A DNA stretch of 40,407 bases, taken from sequence record SRR2962707_3351; one strand, given 5' to 3'. Position numbers and translations under genes: made by a program. Shown piece after piece: positions 28,145 through 39,623 of this stretch. Every line of letters starts with the position of its first letter. The first letter of the stretch is position 1. The notes beneath the pieces are model-generated. The model worked only from the letters and a program-made list of their open reading frames with translations. It was not told where the DNA came from and ran no database searches.

Positions 28145-29026
28145 TTATAAGAAGTGAAGATCTTCTGGTGCAATGACGGTGGTGGTTTTTTGAGCGAGTC
28201 GCTGAGGTTGCCATTGTTGAACCGCGAGGTTCAGCGCTTCTTCTATATTGCTTGCTTTGTCTGCGTTGATGTCTAGGTAGCTTAGCGCGCGTTTTAAGGT
28301 GGTTAAATCGCCGTTTAAAATGGCTTTGGCATGATTTTGCTTGCTGATTTTCTCGGCCGCTTGATTGACGACAAGAGGTATGTGGCCAATGGCCGGAGCT
28401 TGCCAGCCGAATAAACGGTAGAGGTGCAGTTGTTGTGCGGTGGTTTCAATGAGGTCAGCGCCACGCACTAGGTGGGTAATGCCTTGCAAATGATCGTCGA
28501 CCACAACCGCGAGCTGGTAAGAGAAATAACCGTCTTTACGTTTGAGTACGGGGTGGTTGCCATCCAGATCGTCGGGGAAAAACATGTCGCCTTGAATAAG
28601 ATCTTGGTACTGGTACTGTTCGCGATTAATTTTGAGTCGCCAAGAGTGAGGGCGCTCGACATCGCTTTGACAGATTTGCGGGTGCAAACCGGAGAAGGCT
28701 TGTAATGATTGTCTCGTGCAATTACAGGGAAAAGCATGAGCGGTCTGCTTAAGCTTGGTTAAATACGTTTCATAGGTGGCGGAATGCTCACTTTGTAAAC
28801 GTACTGGCTCATCGCTGATTAATTGATAACTGGTTAGCGTGGCGAGAATCTGTTGTGTGAATTCAGGGCGACAGCGAATCGCATCGACGTCTTCTATGCG
28901 GACTATCCAGGTGCCGTGATGGCTCCTTGCATCCACATAGCTCGCGAGTGCAGTGACAAGCGAGCCTAAGTGGAGTGGGCCGGTTGGCGAGGGAGCAAAA
29001 CGGCCACGGTAACTTGATGAAATCAA
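28145..29026 (-). CDS. gluQ: Glutamyl-queuosine tRNA(Asp) synthetase
   Basis: YRGRFAPSPTGPLHLGS, RIEDVD, YQLAVVVDD, VRGADL, KISKQ; no anticodon domain; follows dksA. Confidence 0.95.
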   Translation of the reverse strand: MISSSYRGRFAPSPTGPLHLGSLVTALASYVDARSHHGTWIVRIEDVDAIRCRPEFTQQILATLTSYQLISDEPVRLQSEHSATYETYLTKLKQTAHAFPCNCTRQSLQAFSGLHPQICQSDVERPHSWRLKINREQYQYQDLIQGDMFFPDDLDGNHPVLKRKDGYFSYQLAVVVDDHLQGITHLVRGADLIETTAQQLHLYRLFGWQAPAIGHIPLVVNQAAEKISKQNHAKAILNGDLTTLKRALSYLDINADKASNIEEALNLAVQQWQPQRLAQKTTTVIAPEDLHFL

Positions 29027-29027
29027 A

Positions 29028-29462
29028 TTAACCGCCGATTTGTTTCTCTTTGATTTCGGCCAATGTTTTGCAATCGATGCACATGGTCGCCGTTGGGCGA
29101 GCTTCTAATCGACGGATGCCGATTTCAATGCCACATTCGTCGCAAAAGCCGTAGTCATCTTCATTGATTCGCTCAATGGTTTGAGAAATCTTCTTAACCA
29201 ATTTGCGTTCACGATCGCGCGCGCGCAGTTCTAGGCTGAATTCTTCTTCTTGGCTGGCACGGTCATTAGGATCTGCGTAGTTTACTGCTTCTTCCTTAAG
29301 GTGGTTAACGGTGCGGTCAACCTCTTCCATTAGCCCCTGCTTCCAGTTAAGCAAAATGCTTTTGAAATGCGCCAACTGGTTCTCGTTCATGTATTCTTCA
29401 CCGTCCTTAGCAACGTAAGGTGTGAAGTCCTTCATTAATGATTCCGGGTTCGTACTTGGCAT
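29028..29462 (-). CDS. dksA: RNA polymerase-binding factor DksA
   Basis: EEYMNENQL, DPNDRASQEEE, CDECG...CIDCK zinc finger; ATG 29462 with a GAGG SD. Confidence 0.97.
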   Translation of the reverse strand: MPSTNPESLMKDFTPYVAKDGEEYMNENQLAHFKSILLNWKQGLMEEVDRTVNHLKEEAVNYADPNDRASQEEEFSLELRARDRERKLVKKISQTIERINEDDYGFCDECGIEIGIRRLEARPTATMCIDCKTLAEIKEKQIGG

Positions 29463-29623
29463 ACGCATTGCCTCATTTCGCAGGTTGCCCTTTATGGTAA
29501 CCTGTAAACTATAAAGATTAAGTGGTTTATTTTTCGGCCGGAAACTTACCAGATAATTTGGCGTTAAACCACATTTTTTGCGCAAATATTCATGAAAATG
29601 TTGAATTAGGTTGAGAAACAGAT

Positions 29624-30790
29624 ATGTCTAAGCAAAAGTTAGCCTCGCGAGTTGAGAAAATTTCACCATTCCAAGTCATGGCTGTGATGGAGAGAGCAAA
29701 GCAGTTACAGGCGGATGGCAACGATGTAATACATCTCGAAGTAGGCGAGCCTGATTTTGTCGCGCCACAAGCGATCAATGCTGCGGGTATTCAGTCTATT
29801 GAAGACGCCAAAACAGGTTATACCTCAGCGACTGGGCTACCGGAATTAAAGCGCAAAATTAGTCAGCATTACCAAACGCGTTATCAAGTCGAGGTGGCGC
29901 CTGAGCGGATTATCGTGACACCGGGAGCGTCTGGCGCCTTGTTGTTGATGGCGTCCTTGATGGTAAACGAAGGGGATGAGGTGTTGATGCCTGATCCTTG
30001 TTATCCATGTAACCGCCATTTTTTAATACAGGCTGGCGCTCAAGCGAAGATGATTGAGACTTTACCTGAGCAGGCGTTTGAGGTGGATCTTGAAGCACTG
30101 CCGTCTTACTGGAGTGAAAAGACATCAGGGCTTTGGTTGGCTTCTCCATCAAACCCTACCGGCGCTGTGTTGAGCAAGGAATATCTCGCTCAGGCTTGGC
30201 AGCAGACGCAAGCGCTAGGTGGTCATCTGTTGGTGGATGAAATATACCAAGGGCTGGTGTTTGAAGGGGACGACTTTACGGCCTTGTCGATTGATGACGA
30301 TATTTTTGTGATCAATAGTTTTTCTAAGTATTTTGCCATGACTGGCTGGCGACTAGGTTGGATCGTGGTGCCCGAATGGGCGATTGAAGGGGCGACTAAA
30401 CTGGCGCAAAACTTGTTTATTTCGGCCTCTAGTGTGGCGCAACACGCGGCTATTTCGGCTTTTGAGCCTGCGGTTCTTGAAGAGTGTGAAACTCGATGCC
30501 AAATATTAAATCGCCGTCGTTTAACATTATTAGAAGGGCTGGAGCGCATTGGTTTGCCTGTTGTGGCGCCAGCACAAGGGGCATTTTATGCCTATGTGGA
30601 TGTCTCAGGCATTACGGATGACGCCATGTCATGGTGTTTGCAATTGCTGGAAGAAGAGAAGGTGGCATTAACACCAGGAGCGGATTTCGGGCTTAAAAAC
30701 GCCCATAAATATGTGCGCTTTGCTTATACCTGTGATGAATCGCGATTGAATGAGGCACTGGCTAGAATTGAACGTTTTATCCAATCCTAG
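29624..30790 (+). CDS. PLP-dependent class I/II aminotransferase
   Basis: LEVGEPDF, SPSNPTG, DEIY, SFSKYFAMTGWRLGW. Confidence 0.93.
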   Translation: MSKQKLASRVEKISPFQVMAVMERAKQLQADGNDVIHLEVGEPDFVAPQAINAAGIQSIEDAKTGYTSATGLPELKRKISQHYQTRYQVEVAPERIIVTPGASGALLLMASLMVNEGDEVLMPDPCYPCNRHFLIQAGAQAKMIETLPEQAFEVDLEALPSYWSEKTSGLWLASPSNPTGAVLSKEYLAQAWQQTQALGGHLLVDEIYQGLVFEGDDFTALSIDDDIFVINSFSKYFAMTGWRLGWIVVPEWAIEGATKLAQNLFISASSVAQHAAISAFEPAVLEECETRCQILNRRRLTLLEGLERIGLPVVAPAQGAFYAYVDVSGITDDAMSWCLQLLEEEKVALTPGADFGLKNAHKYVRFAYTCDESRLNEALARIERFIQS

Positions 30791-30817
30791 CAAGCGCTTA
30801 GACGCGGCTAATAAGTG

Positions 30818-31879
30818 TTAGCCGCGTCTTCTCATTAAGAGAATGCCGGACAGCAAGCAAATAACAATAGGAATACTGACACCGACGGCAGGTGGAAAGC
30901 CTGTTGCGACGCTCATGCGGCCAAATAGGTTGAGGCCGTTTTGAAACGCCAAACCAATCATAACGCCAGAAAAGATCCGCCCACCCATGGTGGATGATCG
31001 TAAAGGGCCGAAAACGCTAGAAAGCGCGACCAGTACTAAAGCAATGCAGGCGATAGGGCGCAGGGCTTTGCTCCAGAATTCAAGGGCATATTGCGCGCCA
31101 TCTTGCTTTTGTGTTTCCAAATACAGCTGGTAAGTACGCAGCTGGCTTAGTGACAAAAAGTCAGGCTCTTGCGATGCTAGGTACAGATGCTCAGGTTTGA
31201 TGCTAACCGACCACTTCTCAGAGGGAAGTGTTTGTACTTTAATGTGGTCTGGGTAGAACACGGTCTTTTTCACGTCCGCTAATAGCCACTGTGTGTCATT
31301 GATGTGAATGGCGGATTTTGCATCGGTAATGCTTTTTAAGTGCTGCCCGTCGGGTGAAAAGATTTTAATGCCGTACAGCTTGCCAGAACGATCTGCTGCG
31401 TTAATGTAGACAAAGTTATTGTCTGCTTTGAGCCAGACACCACCGGTTAAGGCAAAATTCCCTTCTTTTTGATCTTGTAGTTTCTCCACTAGGTTGGCTT
31501 TTTGTTCCGCGACAGGGGCCACAAATTCGGACAGTCCCATGCCAAACAAAGCAACAAAGATAATCGGTTGGCAGGCGGACAGACCAATGCGCCAAATCGG
31601 CATGCCAGCAGCGCGCATGACCGTTAATTCAGACGTTGAGGCCAATGTCCCTAGGCCCATTAGAGTGCCAATAAGCGATGAGATTGGAACGTACTCTGCA
31701 AACTTACCTGGCAGTCGGTATAAGAGCACCTGAAGAATAGACTGCACAGTATAGTCATCGCTTACTTTCTTGATTTGATCGATAAACGCGATGGCGGTAT
31801 CCAGTCCAAGCAGTACAAACATAACGACTAAGAAGGACCAGAGAACACTGGTGGCGACGTATCTGTCTATTTTATTCAT
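30818..31879 (-). CDS. lptG: LPS export ABC transporter permease LptG
   Basis: IDRYV, SELTVMRAAG, FGPLRSSTMGGRI; follows lptF. Confidence 0.93.
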   Translation of the reverse strand: MNKIDRYVATSVLWSFLVVMFVLLGLDTAIAFIDQIKKVSDDYTVQSILQVLLYRLPGKFAEYVPISSLIGTLMGLGTLASTSELTVMRAAGMPIWRIGLSACQPIIFVALFGMGLSEFVAPVAEQKANLVEKLQDQKEGNFALTGGVWLKADNNFVYINAADRSGKLYGIKIFSPDGQHLKSITDAKSAIHINDTQWLLADVKKTVFYPDHIKVQTLPSEKWSVSIKPEHLYLASQEPDFLSLSQLRTYQLYLETQKQDGAQYALEFWSKALRPIACIALVLVALSSVFGPLRSSTMGGRIFSGVMIGLAFQNGLNLFGRMSVATGFPPAVGVSIPIVICLLSGILLMRRRG

Positions 31880-33008
31880 TACTTAGACTCGTATCTTGAG
31901 GGTCCGGCGATTGCGCGTTTGGTAATCGCGCATTTTTTCGACTAAACATCTGATTGTATTGGACAAACAGTCCTATTGCGATGCAGAGGAATATGCCATG
32001 AATCCACCAAAGTCCCAAATAATCAGGGATTTTGCCTTTTCCTATGGCCGTTTTTCCCCAAATTAACAGGGCCATATAGAGAATCATGAGTAAGATGGCG
32101 GGCAGCATTTTGAAGAAACGCCCTTGCCTTGGGTTAACCTGACTCAAGGATAAACCAATGATCGAAAGGATGGGGATCATCACAACCAAGGCGATTCGCC
32201 ATTGCAGTTCTTCTTGGTCTTCTGGGTCTGCGCTGCCTAATAAAGACAAGGTGCTGCGTGTTTCTGGATCGGTTATCGACGCTTGCGGAGCGCTTTCCAT
32301 ACGCATCGCATACGTATCAAATTCTGTTACCCGATAAGTGGCTGTTCCGGGCACGCCTTCGTATCGTACGCCGTTTTTAAAGACCAGATAATTTTGGCCG
32401 TTTTTGGAGTCCATTTTGATTTCTTCGGCGTAGGATGCGAGCATCTGAACAGGAATGGATTTGCCATTTTCTCGCACAAAATCGGACAAGAAAACATCGT
32501 TCATCCAACCTTCGTCAGGGGTAAAGCTGTCAATATAAGTGGTGCGTTGCCCATCGCCTTGGAAACGTCGCGGCAATAAGAAAGAGAAGGTAGAGAGTTG
32601 TCCCTGTTCATCGGCGGCTTTGACGGCGTGATATTCGCTGGTTGGCGTGAGCCAAAAGTTTAATCCCGCGCTAAGGGCCAGAACGATGCCTGCAATTCCT
32701 AACGTATAACCGGCTAATTTTAACTTGCTGATGCCGCTTGAAAACAACACAGACATTTCATTTTCAATATAAAGGCGGCCAAAGGTCAGTAGCAGCGATA
32801 GGAAAAACGCAATCGGCAAAATGATTTGAACAAACGATGGGATGTGAAAGCCGAGAATCGTAAAAAGGAACTCGAAGGTCATTTTTCCTTCGGTCGCTCG
32901 CCCTAAATAGGATACAAAACGGCTGCTTAAAATAACGAGAAGTAAAATTAGCGTCACTCCGGCAGTTGACACTAACACTTCTTTCGCCAAGTATCTGAAT
33001 AGTCTCAA
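31872..33008 (-). CDS. lptF: LPS export ABC transporter permease LptF
   Basis: [36 protein letters not shown]; probable TTG start at 33008. Confidence 0.93.
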   Translation of the reverse strand: MRLFRYLAKEVLVSTAGVTLILLLVILSSRFVSYLGRATEGKMTFEFLFTILGFHIPSFVQIILPIAFFLSLLLTFGRLYIENEMSVLFSSGISKLKLAGYTLGIAGIVLALSAGLNFWLTPTSEYHAVKAADEQGQLSTFSFLLPRRFQGDGQRTTYIDSFTPDEGWMNDVFLSDFVRENGKSIPVQMLASYAEEIKMDSKNGQNYLVFKNGVRYEGVPGTATYRVTEFDTYAMRMESAPQASITDPETRSTLSLLGSADPEDQEELQWRIALVVMIPILSIIGLSLSQVNPRQGRFFKMLPAILLMILYMALLIWGKTAIGKGKIPDYLGLWWIHGIFLCIAIGLFVQYNQMFSRKNARLPNAQSPDPQDTSLSNE

Positions 33009-33133
33009 AGTCACCTCAATTGGATGCCGCAACGTGCGGAGAGTTGATTACAAATCTAAAGCCCCCATTATCTCGTGGTAAGAAGGACATTATCCAGTTT
33101 TTTTTAAAAAGTTATTATTTTGAGGAATCTCTC

Positions 33134-34597
33134 ATGAATACGACATTATTTGATCGCGCCTCTGCGGTTCAAGCAGACCTACTTGTCACCTTTGTGCCAA
33201 GTGAAGGTGCGTTCCCTGAGTCTACTACTTGGGTTGATGGCAATGCAGATGGCCAGTTGTCACAATTGCGAGAAAGCGGCGTTTTCAAAGGCGCTTTAGC
33301 GCAAACATTATTATTACCAAGCGTCACCCAAGATTTTGCTCAGCCAGTGTTATTAGTGGGTATTGGTAAAGAAGCTGAGTTGAGTGATATGCAAGCGCGC
33401 AAAGTCATTGCAGCGGTAGCGGCTCAAATCAAATCCCTGCCATACGCTACGGTAGCGCTTGCTAGCCGTGCTCTAGTATTGAAGCAGCGTTCACAAAGTG
33501 AAGTAACGGCATTGATCGCGCAGTGGCTGAATGAAGGTTTCTACAACTTCCTAGGCTTTAAGCAAGACGACGCAGAGAAAAGCACGAAAGTCACCAATCT
33601 ATTGATCGAAGGCGATGACGAAGCGGCGCTAGCGATTGGTACGGCAACGGCAAACGGTTCCGCGTTTGCTCGCCAGCTAGGCAATCTGCCAGGTAACGTA
33701 TGTACACCGAATTACCTTGCGTCGAAAGCACAACACTTTGGCGAAGAATATGGCATTGATGTTGAATTGCTAGATGAAACCAAAATGGATGAGTTAGGCA
33801 TGCATTGTCTACTGTCTGTGGGTCGTGGTAGTGATCAGCCAAGTTATTTGATCGTGATGCATTACCGTGGTGGCGAAGCAGATGAAGCGCCTCACGTCTT
33901 GCTGGGCAAAGGGATTACCTTCGATACGGGCGGTATTTCGTTGAAACCAGGTCCAAAAATGGACGAAATGAAATACGACATGTGCGGTGCAGCGAGCGTA
34001 TTCGGCACCATGAAAGCCATTTGTGAATTGAAGCCTAAGCTTAACTTCACGGCGGTTGTTGCTGCGGCTGAGAATATGCCAAGTGCGCGCGCGACCAAGC
34101 CTGGCGACATTGTGAAAACCATGTCTGGTAAAACGGTTGAAGTGCTTAATACCGATGCCGAAGGCCGTCTTGTCTTGTGTGATGCACTGACTTACATCGA
34201 ACGCTTTAAGCCTAAGTCTGTGGTGGATATCGCGACTCTGACAGGCGCTTGCGTTGTAGCACTAGGCAGTGTGAACTCTGGTATGTACGCAAACGATGAT
34301 GCGGTTGCAGCGTCATTGAAAGAAGCCAGCCAGATTTCTGCCGATAAAATTTGGCAAATGCCTCTTAACGAAGAATACCAGCAACAGCTTGATAGTAACT
34401 TTGCTGATATTGGCAACATTGGTGGCCCAGAAGCGGGTTCTGTGACCGCGGCTTGTTTCTTGTCGCGCTTTACCGGTTCTTACCCTTGGGCGCATTTAGA
34501 CATCGCGGGTGTGGCGTGGAGCGGCGGCGCGGCTAAAGGCGCGACGGGTCGTCCTGTTGCTCTCTTGACTCGCTACTTGTTGGATAAAGCCAACTAA
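33134..34597 (+). CDS. pepA: Leucyl aminopeptidase
   Basis: [38 protein letters not shown] 33134 after GAGGA. Confidence 0.96.
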   Translation: MNTTLFDRASAVQADLLVTFVPSEGAFPESTTWVDGNADGQLSQLRESGVFKGALAQTLLLPSVTQDFAQPVLLVGIGKEAELSDMQARKVIAAVAAQIKSLPYATVALASRALVLKQRSQSEVTALIAQWLNEGFYNFLGFKQDDAEKSTKVTNLLIEGDDEAALAIGTATANGSAFARQLGNLPGNVCTPNYLASKAQHFGEEYGIDVELLDETKMDELGMHCLLSVGRGSDQPSYLIVMHYRGGEADEAPHVLLGKGITFDTGGISLKPGPKMDEMKYDMCGAASVFGTMKAICELKPKLNFTAVVAAAENMPSARATKPGDIVKTMSGKTVEVLNTDAEGRLVLCDALTYIERFKPKSVVDIATLTGACVVALGSVNSGMYANDDAVAASLKEASQISADKIWQMPLNEEYQQQLDSNFADIGNIGGPEAGSVTAACFLSRFTGSYPWAHLDIAGVAWSGGAAKGATGRPVALLTRYLLDKAN

Positions 34598-34629
34598 GCA
34601 CAGCGTTGTTACTACGATAATCTTTTCTG

Positions 34630-34663
34630 AAAAGCAGCAATGGTGTCCATTGTTGCTTTTTTT
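34630..34663 (+). terminator. Terminator after pepA
   Basis: AAAAGCAGCAATGG-TGT-CCATTGTTGCTTTTTTT. Confidence 0.85.
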
Positions 34664-34870
34664 ATGCCTCAAAACAGTAAGGTAAAGCGTTCGAGTGGTT
34701 TTTTCGAGACAGGTTAAAAGGCGTCCTTTGCGGCTTGTTAAGCGTGAGAGGGTAGACATTTTAAGCCTTGAGTGCGAAAGTTGATGGAATAAATTCCGAT
34801 CAATTAAGCCTTGTTGTTTATTTGTTATCGCTTCTGTTTCTTTATTTACTATTTTATTGGTTAGTGTCTT

Positions 34871-35356
34871 ATGCCTGATTTAGCCTCACAAATTGAAGAG
34901 AGTGTTCTGGACGACCTTGCAATAGATGGCTCTGTTTTAGAGGGCAGTGCTTTTCAGGACGCTGAATTTACAGACAATGAGTTTGAGCCTGATGAAGACA
35001 CCTTGATTACGGCGCTGCGAAACCAAGACGATATTCCAATTCTTATGGACATAGTCGCTGAGAAATTGGCGGCATCAGCCAGTCAGGAAGGTCAGCTTTC
35101 TGAGGCAATGGAAGGTTTTAGTAGCGCTCAAAATGACGCTATTCCAGTATTATTGAAGGAAGAGCAAGCGACACCATTGATTGAGCCTGAAACAAGGCTT
35201 GAAAGCATGGTTGAAACAACACAACAAGACAGTGAAGCAGACGACAGGCAGGCGCTCATTGCACAGGCAGTAACGGCCGTGCTTGAGAAACGCTTGCCGG
35301 ATCTCGTGCAAGAAGTGCTTCAGGCGATGGACGAATTATCGACGCAAGAGAAATGA
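34871..35356 (+). CDS. Very acidic hypothetical protein with a C-terminal amphipathic helix (PopZ-like architecture, inferred)
   Basis: 161-aa ORF; my count is 39 D/E against 8 K/R; DIPIL and AIPVL motifs; C-terminal IAQAVTAVLEKRLPDLVQEVL. Confidence 0.75.
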   Translation: MPDLASQIEESVLDDLAIDGSVLEGSAFQDAEFTDNEFEPDEDTLITALRNQDDIPILMDIVAEKLAASASQEGQLSEAMEGFSSAQNDAIPVLLKEEQATPLIEPETRLESMVETTQQDSEADDRQALIAQAVTAVLEKRLPDLVQEVLQAMDELSTQEK

Positions 35357-35476
35357 ATGACGCGATTGGCGGATTCGAGACCATCGACCAGCCTCAGGTT
35401 ATTCTTTATCTCGCGATGACGCGCTATAATTCACCAAATTCAATTTACCTCTCTACAAGAGCTTTAAGACACCATA

Positions 35477-38260
35477 ATGGAAAAGACCTACCAACCACAG
35501 AGTATTGAACAACCTATTTACAAACGTTGGGAAGAGGGCGGCTATTTTGCTCCTCAAGGCAACGGCACCCCTTTCTCCATCATGATTCCGCCACCAAACG
35601 TCACTGGCAGTCTGCACATGGGGCATGCGTTTCAGCATACCTTAATGGACGCTATGATTCGTCGTGAGCGAATGAAGGGCAAACGCACTTTGTGGCAGCC
35701 AGGCTGTGACCACGCTGGTATCGCAACGCAAATGGTTGTAGAGCGCCAACTGGCGGCTCAAAACACCACACGTCATGACCTTGGTCGTAAAAATTTCCTA
35801 GAAAAAGTATGGGAATGGAAAGACCAGTCAGGCGGCACGATTTCTGATCAAATGCGTGTCTTGGGTGATTCTGTTGATTGGCAGAAAGAGCGCTTCACAA
35901 TGGACCCAGGTATGTCTGCGGCGGTACAAGAAGTGTTTGTACGCTTGTACGACGAAGGCATCATTTACCGTGGTCAGCGTCTTGTTAACTGGGACCCAGT
36001 TTTGCACACGGCCATTTCTGATTTGGAAGTTATCTCAGAAGAAGAAAATGGCTTCATGTGGTATTTCCGTTATCCATTAGCGGATGGCGCGACAACCACC
36101 GATGGTAAAGACTATATAGTGGTGGCAACGACTCGCCCAGAAACCATGTTTGGTGATGCGGCGGTGGCGGTTGCACCGGATGATGAGCGTTTTACAGACC
36201 TTGTTGGTAAGTTCGTTGAATTGCCGCTTGTTGGTCGTCGTATTCCTATTGTCGCCGATGAGTATGTCGATAAAGAATTTGGTACTGGTTGCGTGAAAAT
36301 CACCCCAGCCCATGACTTTAATGACTACGAAGTTGGTAAGCGTCACGACATGCCGTTAATCAACATCTTAACGGACGATGCGACCATCAATGACACGGCG
36401 CCAGAAAAATACCGTGGTATGGATCGTTTTGTAGCGCGTAAAGCCGTTGTTGCAGACTTTGATGCGTTGGGTTTGTTGGAAAAAGTAGCTGACCATAAAT
36501 TAAAAGTGCCTCGCGGTGAGCGTGGTAATACCGTAATCGAACCGTACCTGACTCAGCAATGGTATGTGGCCGTTGAAACCTTGGCCAAACCAGCCATTGA
36601 AGCGGTTGAAAACGGCGATATCCAATTTGTGCCTAAGCAGTGGGAAAATACCTACTTTGCTTGGATGCGTGATCTGAACGACTGGTGTATCTCTCGTCAG
36701 TTATGGTGGGGACATCAAATTCCAGCTTGGTACGATGCAGACGGTAAGTTCTACGTCGGTAAAGACGAAGCGGAAGTCCGTACTAAGTACAGCCTAGCCG
36801 ATGATGTGACACTGACCCAAGACGAAGACGTATTAGACACCTGGTTCTCTTCGGCATTGTGGACCTTTGCGACTCAAGGTTGGCCTGAAGAAACCCAAGA
36901 CTTTAAAGAGTTTAGTGAGTCGGATGTGTTGGTCACCGGCTTCGATATTATTTTCTTCTGGGTGGCCAGAATGATCATGATGACTCTGAAGTTCACGAAG
37001 AAAGTACCTTTTAAAACGGTGTACATTACCGGTCTAATCCGTGATGAACGCGGTGATAAAATGTCGAAGTCGAAAGGCAACGTAATCGATCCATTGGATT
37101 TGATTGGCGGTATCGATATTGAATCCCTTGTTAAGAAACGCACTTACGGCATGATGCAGCCGCGTCTTGCTGAAAAAGTAGAGAAGAATACGCGCGACAC
37201 CTACCCAGAAGGCATTCAAGCTTATGGTACCGATGCGCTTCGCTTTACGCTTTGTTCTCTTGCTTCTGGCGGTCGTGATATCAAGTTCGATTTGAATCGA
37301 CTTGAAGGCTACCGTAATTTCTGTAACAAAATTTGGAACGCTACCCGTTACGTTCTGATGAACACAGAAGATCAAGATTGTGGTCAAAATGGTGCGGATG
37401 TTGAGTTGTCATTGGCGGATAAGTGGATCATTTCTCGCTTACAACATACGGAAGATGCGGTAAATCGCGCGTTTGAAACCCATCGTTATGACCTTGCTTC
37501 ACAAGCCCTGTATGAGTTTATGTGGCACGAGTACTGTGATTGGTACTTAGAGTTATCTAAACCGGTACTTTGGGATGAAAATGCCACGGCCGCTCAGTTA
37601 ACAGGAACACGCCGTACCTTGGTTCGTGTGTTGGAAACCTTCTTGCGTTTGGCGCATCCAATGATGCCGTTCTTAACAGAAGAAATTTGGCAACGTGTGG
37701 CACCATTGGCCGGTGTTGCAGGTGACACTGTGATGGTGATGGAATACCCAGAAGCCAACGAAGCGAAAAAAGACGCGCAAGCTGAAGCCGATATTGAATG
37801 GCTGAAAGGGGTGATTGAAGGGGTTCGTAATATTCGTGGAGAAATGAATATCGCGCCATCAAAACCTCTGGATGTATTATTCCGCAATGGCACTGAACAA
37901 GACAAAGCTCGCTTAGACGCCAACCTGGCTTTCTTGCAAAAATTGGCCAAGCTAGAAACCATAACCTGGTTGAACGTAGGCGATGACGCACCTATGTCGG
38001 CGACGGCGTTGGTCGGCGATATGGAAGTCTTGGTGCCTATGGCAGGTCTGATTGATAAAAATGCAGAATTGGCCCGTTTGCAAAAAGAAATAGATAAGGC
38101 GACGAAAGATTTAGAACGCATTGAAGGCAAATTATCAAACGAAAGCTTTGTGGCGAAAGCCCCAGCGGCTGTGGTCGATAAAGAACGTGCGAAGTGCGAC
38201 GATCTTCGTCTGACAGTAAGCAAACTGGAAGAACAAAAAGCGAGCATTGAATCGCTATAA
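35477..38260 (+). CDS. valS: Valine--tRNA ligase
   Basis: [31 protein letters not shown]-terminal coiled coil. Confidence 0.99.
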   Translation: MEKTYQPQSIEQPIYKRWEEGGYFAPQGNGTPFSIMIPPPNVTGSLHMGHAFQHTLMDAMIRRERMKGKRTLWQPGCDHAGIATQMVVERQLAAQNTTRHDLGRKNFLEKVWEWKDQSGGTISDQMRVLGDSVDWQKERFTMDPGMSAAVQEVFVRLYDEGIIYRGQRLVNWDPVLHTAISDLEVISEEENGFMWYFRYPLADGATTTDGKDYIVVATTRPETMFGDAAVAVAPDDERFTDLVGKFVELPLVGRRIPIVADEYVDKEFGTGCVKITPAHDFNDYEVGKRHDMPLINILTDDATINDTAPEKYRGMDRFVARKAVVADFDALGLLEKVADHKLKVPRGERGNTVIEPYLTQQWYVAVETLAKPAIEAVENGDIQFVPKQWENTYFAWMRDLNDWCISRQLWWGHQIPAWYDADGKFYVGKDEAEVRTKYSLADDVTLTQDEDVLDTWFSSALWTFATQGWPEETQDFKEFSESDVLVTGFDIIFFWVARMIMMTLKFTKKVPFKTVYITGLIRDERGDKMSKSKGNVIDPLDLIGGIDIESLVKKRTYGMMQPRLAEKVEKNTRDTYPEGIQAYGTDALRFTLCSLASGGRDIKFDLNRLEGYRNFCNKIWNATRYVLMNTEDQDCGQNGADVELSLADKWIISRLQHTEDAVNRAFETHRYDLASQALYEFMWHEYCDWYLELSKPVLWDENATAAQLTGTRRTLVRVLETFLRLAHPMMPFLTEEIWQRVAPLAGVAGDTVMVMEYPEANEAKKDAQAEADIEWLKGVIEGVRNIRGEMNIAPSKPLDVLFRNGTEQDKARLDANLAFLQKLAKLETITWLNVGDDAPMSATALVGDMEVLVPMAGLIDKNAELARLQKEIDKATKDLERIEGKLSNESFVAKAPAAVVDKERAKCDDLRLTVSKLEEQKASIESL

Positions 38261-38269
38261 GTAAGTAGT

Positions 38270-38298
38270 AATGCCAGACATGTTTTGTGTCTGGCATT
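38270..38298 (+). terminator. Hairpin after valS (weak T tail)
   Basis: AATGCCAGACA-TGTTTTG-TGTCTGGCATT. Confidence 0.55.
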
Positions 38299-38337
38299 CG
38301 TTGCATTCTATAAAAATAAAAAAAGAGGCAATACGTA

Positions 38338-38595
38338 ATGGAAAGAATTTCTGGAAAAGTAAAATGGTTTAATGACTCTAAAGGCATTGGCTTCATCAAA
38401 AGAGAAGCGGACAGTGATGTCTTTGTTCATTACAAATCCATTTTATTGGACGGCCATAAAACGCTAAAGAAAGGACAATCTGTGACCTTTGAATTGGCTA
38501 CGACTGAGTTTGGTCATCAGGCGATAGAAGTCCGTTTAGAAGAAGAGTCGTCTTCTGCTGTGCAAGAAGACGAGTATCGGACTGCGAACGCGTAA
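38338..38595 (+). CDS. Cold-shock domain protein (CspD-like, acidic tail)
   Basis: GKVKWFNDSKGIGFI, DVFVHY, KTLKKGQSVTF. Confidence 0.92.
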   Translation: MERISGKVKWFNDSKGIGFIKREADSDVFVHYKSILLDGHKTLKKGQSVTFELATTEFGHQAIEVRLEEESSSAVQEDEYRTANA

Positions 38596-38599
38596 CGGC

Positions 38600-39025
38600 T
38601 TACTGGTTTTTTTCGAGTAGCATTTTGTGCGCAAGCTTAACAAAGTCTACCGGCGTTAAAATGCCCAGTAGCTTGTTGTTTTCGACAACCGGTAAGCAGC
38701 CATATTTATTTTCGATAAAAAATTCGGCTGCCGTATCCAAACTGACACCTGGTTCAATAGTAAGAATGTCTTTATTCATTACTTTGGAAACAGGTGTTTG
38801 CTCTTCTTTTTTCGCCAGTTGCTGAGTGCCAAATTGACTGACTAAGTAGAAGGCATAACGAAGGTATTCTCGTTGCGTTAGCATGCCAATGCATTCACCG
38901 CTTTGATTAACAATTGGCAAATTACGAATGTTTTTGTCGTGCATGAGTTCTTTTGCTGCGGCTAACGAGCTGTCTGCTTCGAGTGTGGCTAAATTTGTCA
39001 CCATCAAATCTGCAACGGTCATCAT
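38600..39025 (-). CDS. CBS-pair domain protein
   Basis: TVADLM, IRNLPIV, YGCLPVVENNKLLGILT; ATG 39025 preferred. Confidence 0.88.
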   Translation of the reverse strand: MMTVADLMVTNLATLEADSSLAAAKELMHDKNIRNLPIVNQSGECIGMLTQREYLRYAFYLVSQFGTQQLAKKEEQTPVSKVMNKDILTIEPGVSLDTAAEFFIENKYGCLPVVENNKLLGILTPVDFVKLAHKMLLEKNQ

Positions 39026-39131
39026 AGTTTGAGCTTCCTTTTTTCCCAATTTTTATTCCAGCAAGTGTGGTGCAAGCTGTCTTCAAAAGCAATTATATTG
39101 CCATGAGTCAAATCAACAATAGGGCGAGTAA

Positions 39132-39623
39132 ATGATCAGCGATGAAGAGTGGATGGCGAAAGCGCTATTATTAGCAGAGCAGGCGGCGGCCGACAGTGAA
39201 ATTCCGGTGGGGGCGATCGTTGTCTTGGACGGTGAAGTGATTGGCGCGGGTTATAATTCGCCTATCTCACAATGCGACCCAACGGCCCACGCTGAGATCC
39301 AAGCGCTTCGCGATGCCTGTCAAAAGGTGAATAACTATCGCTTAACTGGAGCAACGCTGTACGTCACATTAGAGCCTTGTTCTATGTGTGCAGGTGCCAT
39401 TGTTCATTCTCGTGTGGCGCGCGTCGTGTACGCGGCCACCGAACCCAAAAGTGGTGTTGTAGAAAGCCAAGGTGCTTTTTTTGAGGCGCCATTTTTGAAT
39501 CATAAAGTCGAAGTGAGTGGTGGTGTATTGGCGGAAAAAGCCTCGCTGCAACTAACACAGTTCTTTCAATATCGCCGTGAGCAAAAAAAGAAGCTCAAAC
39601 AATTGGCGAAAAAGGCCATATAG
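39132..39623 (+). CDS. tadA: tRNA adenosine(34) deaminase
   Basis: EIPVGA, DPTAHAE, NYRL, TLEPCSMCAGA. Confidence 0.96.
   Translation: MISDEEWMAKALLLAEQAAADSEIPVGAIVVLDGEVIGAGYNSPISQCDPTAHAEIQALRDACQKVNNYRLTGATLYVTLEPCSMCAGAIVHSRVARVVYAATEPKSGVVESQGAFFEAPFLNHKVEVSGGVLAEKASLQLTQFFQYRREQKKKLKQLAKKAI

Noticed and set aside
34664-34870. Possible holC pseudogene (ATG-CCT-CAA start; an ERVDIL fragment)
   Set aside because: The ORF stops after 17 codons and I find no convincing chi motifs; chance similarity is likely.
37594-38247. 217-aa antisense ORF inside valS, and similar antisense ORFs within ribH, carB, pgi and pepA
   Set aside because: Shadow frames of conserved, codon-biased genes with no recognisable motifs.
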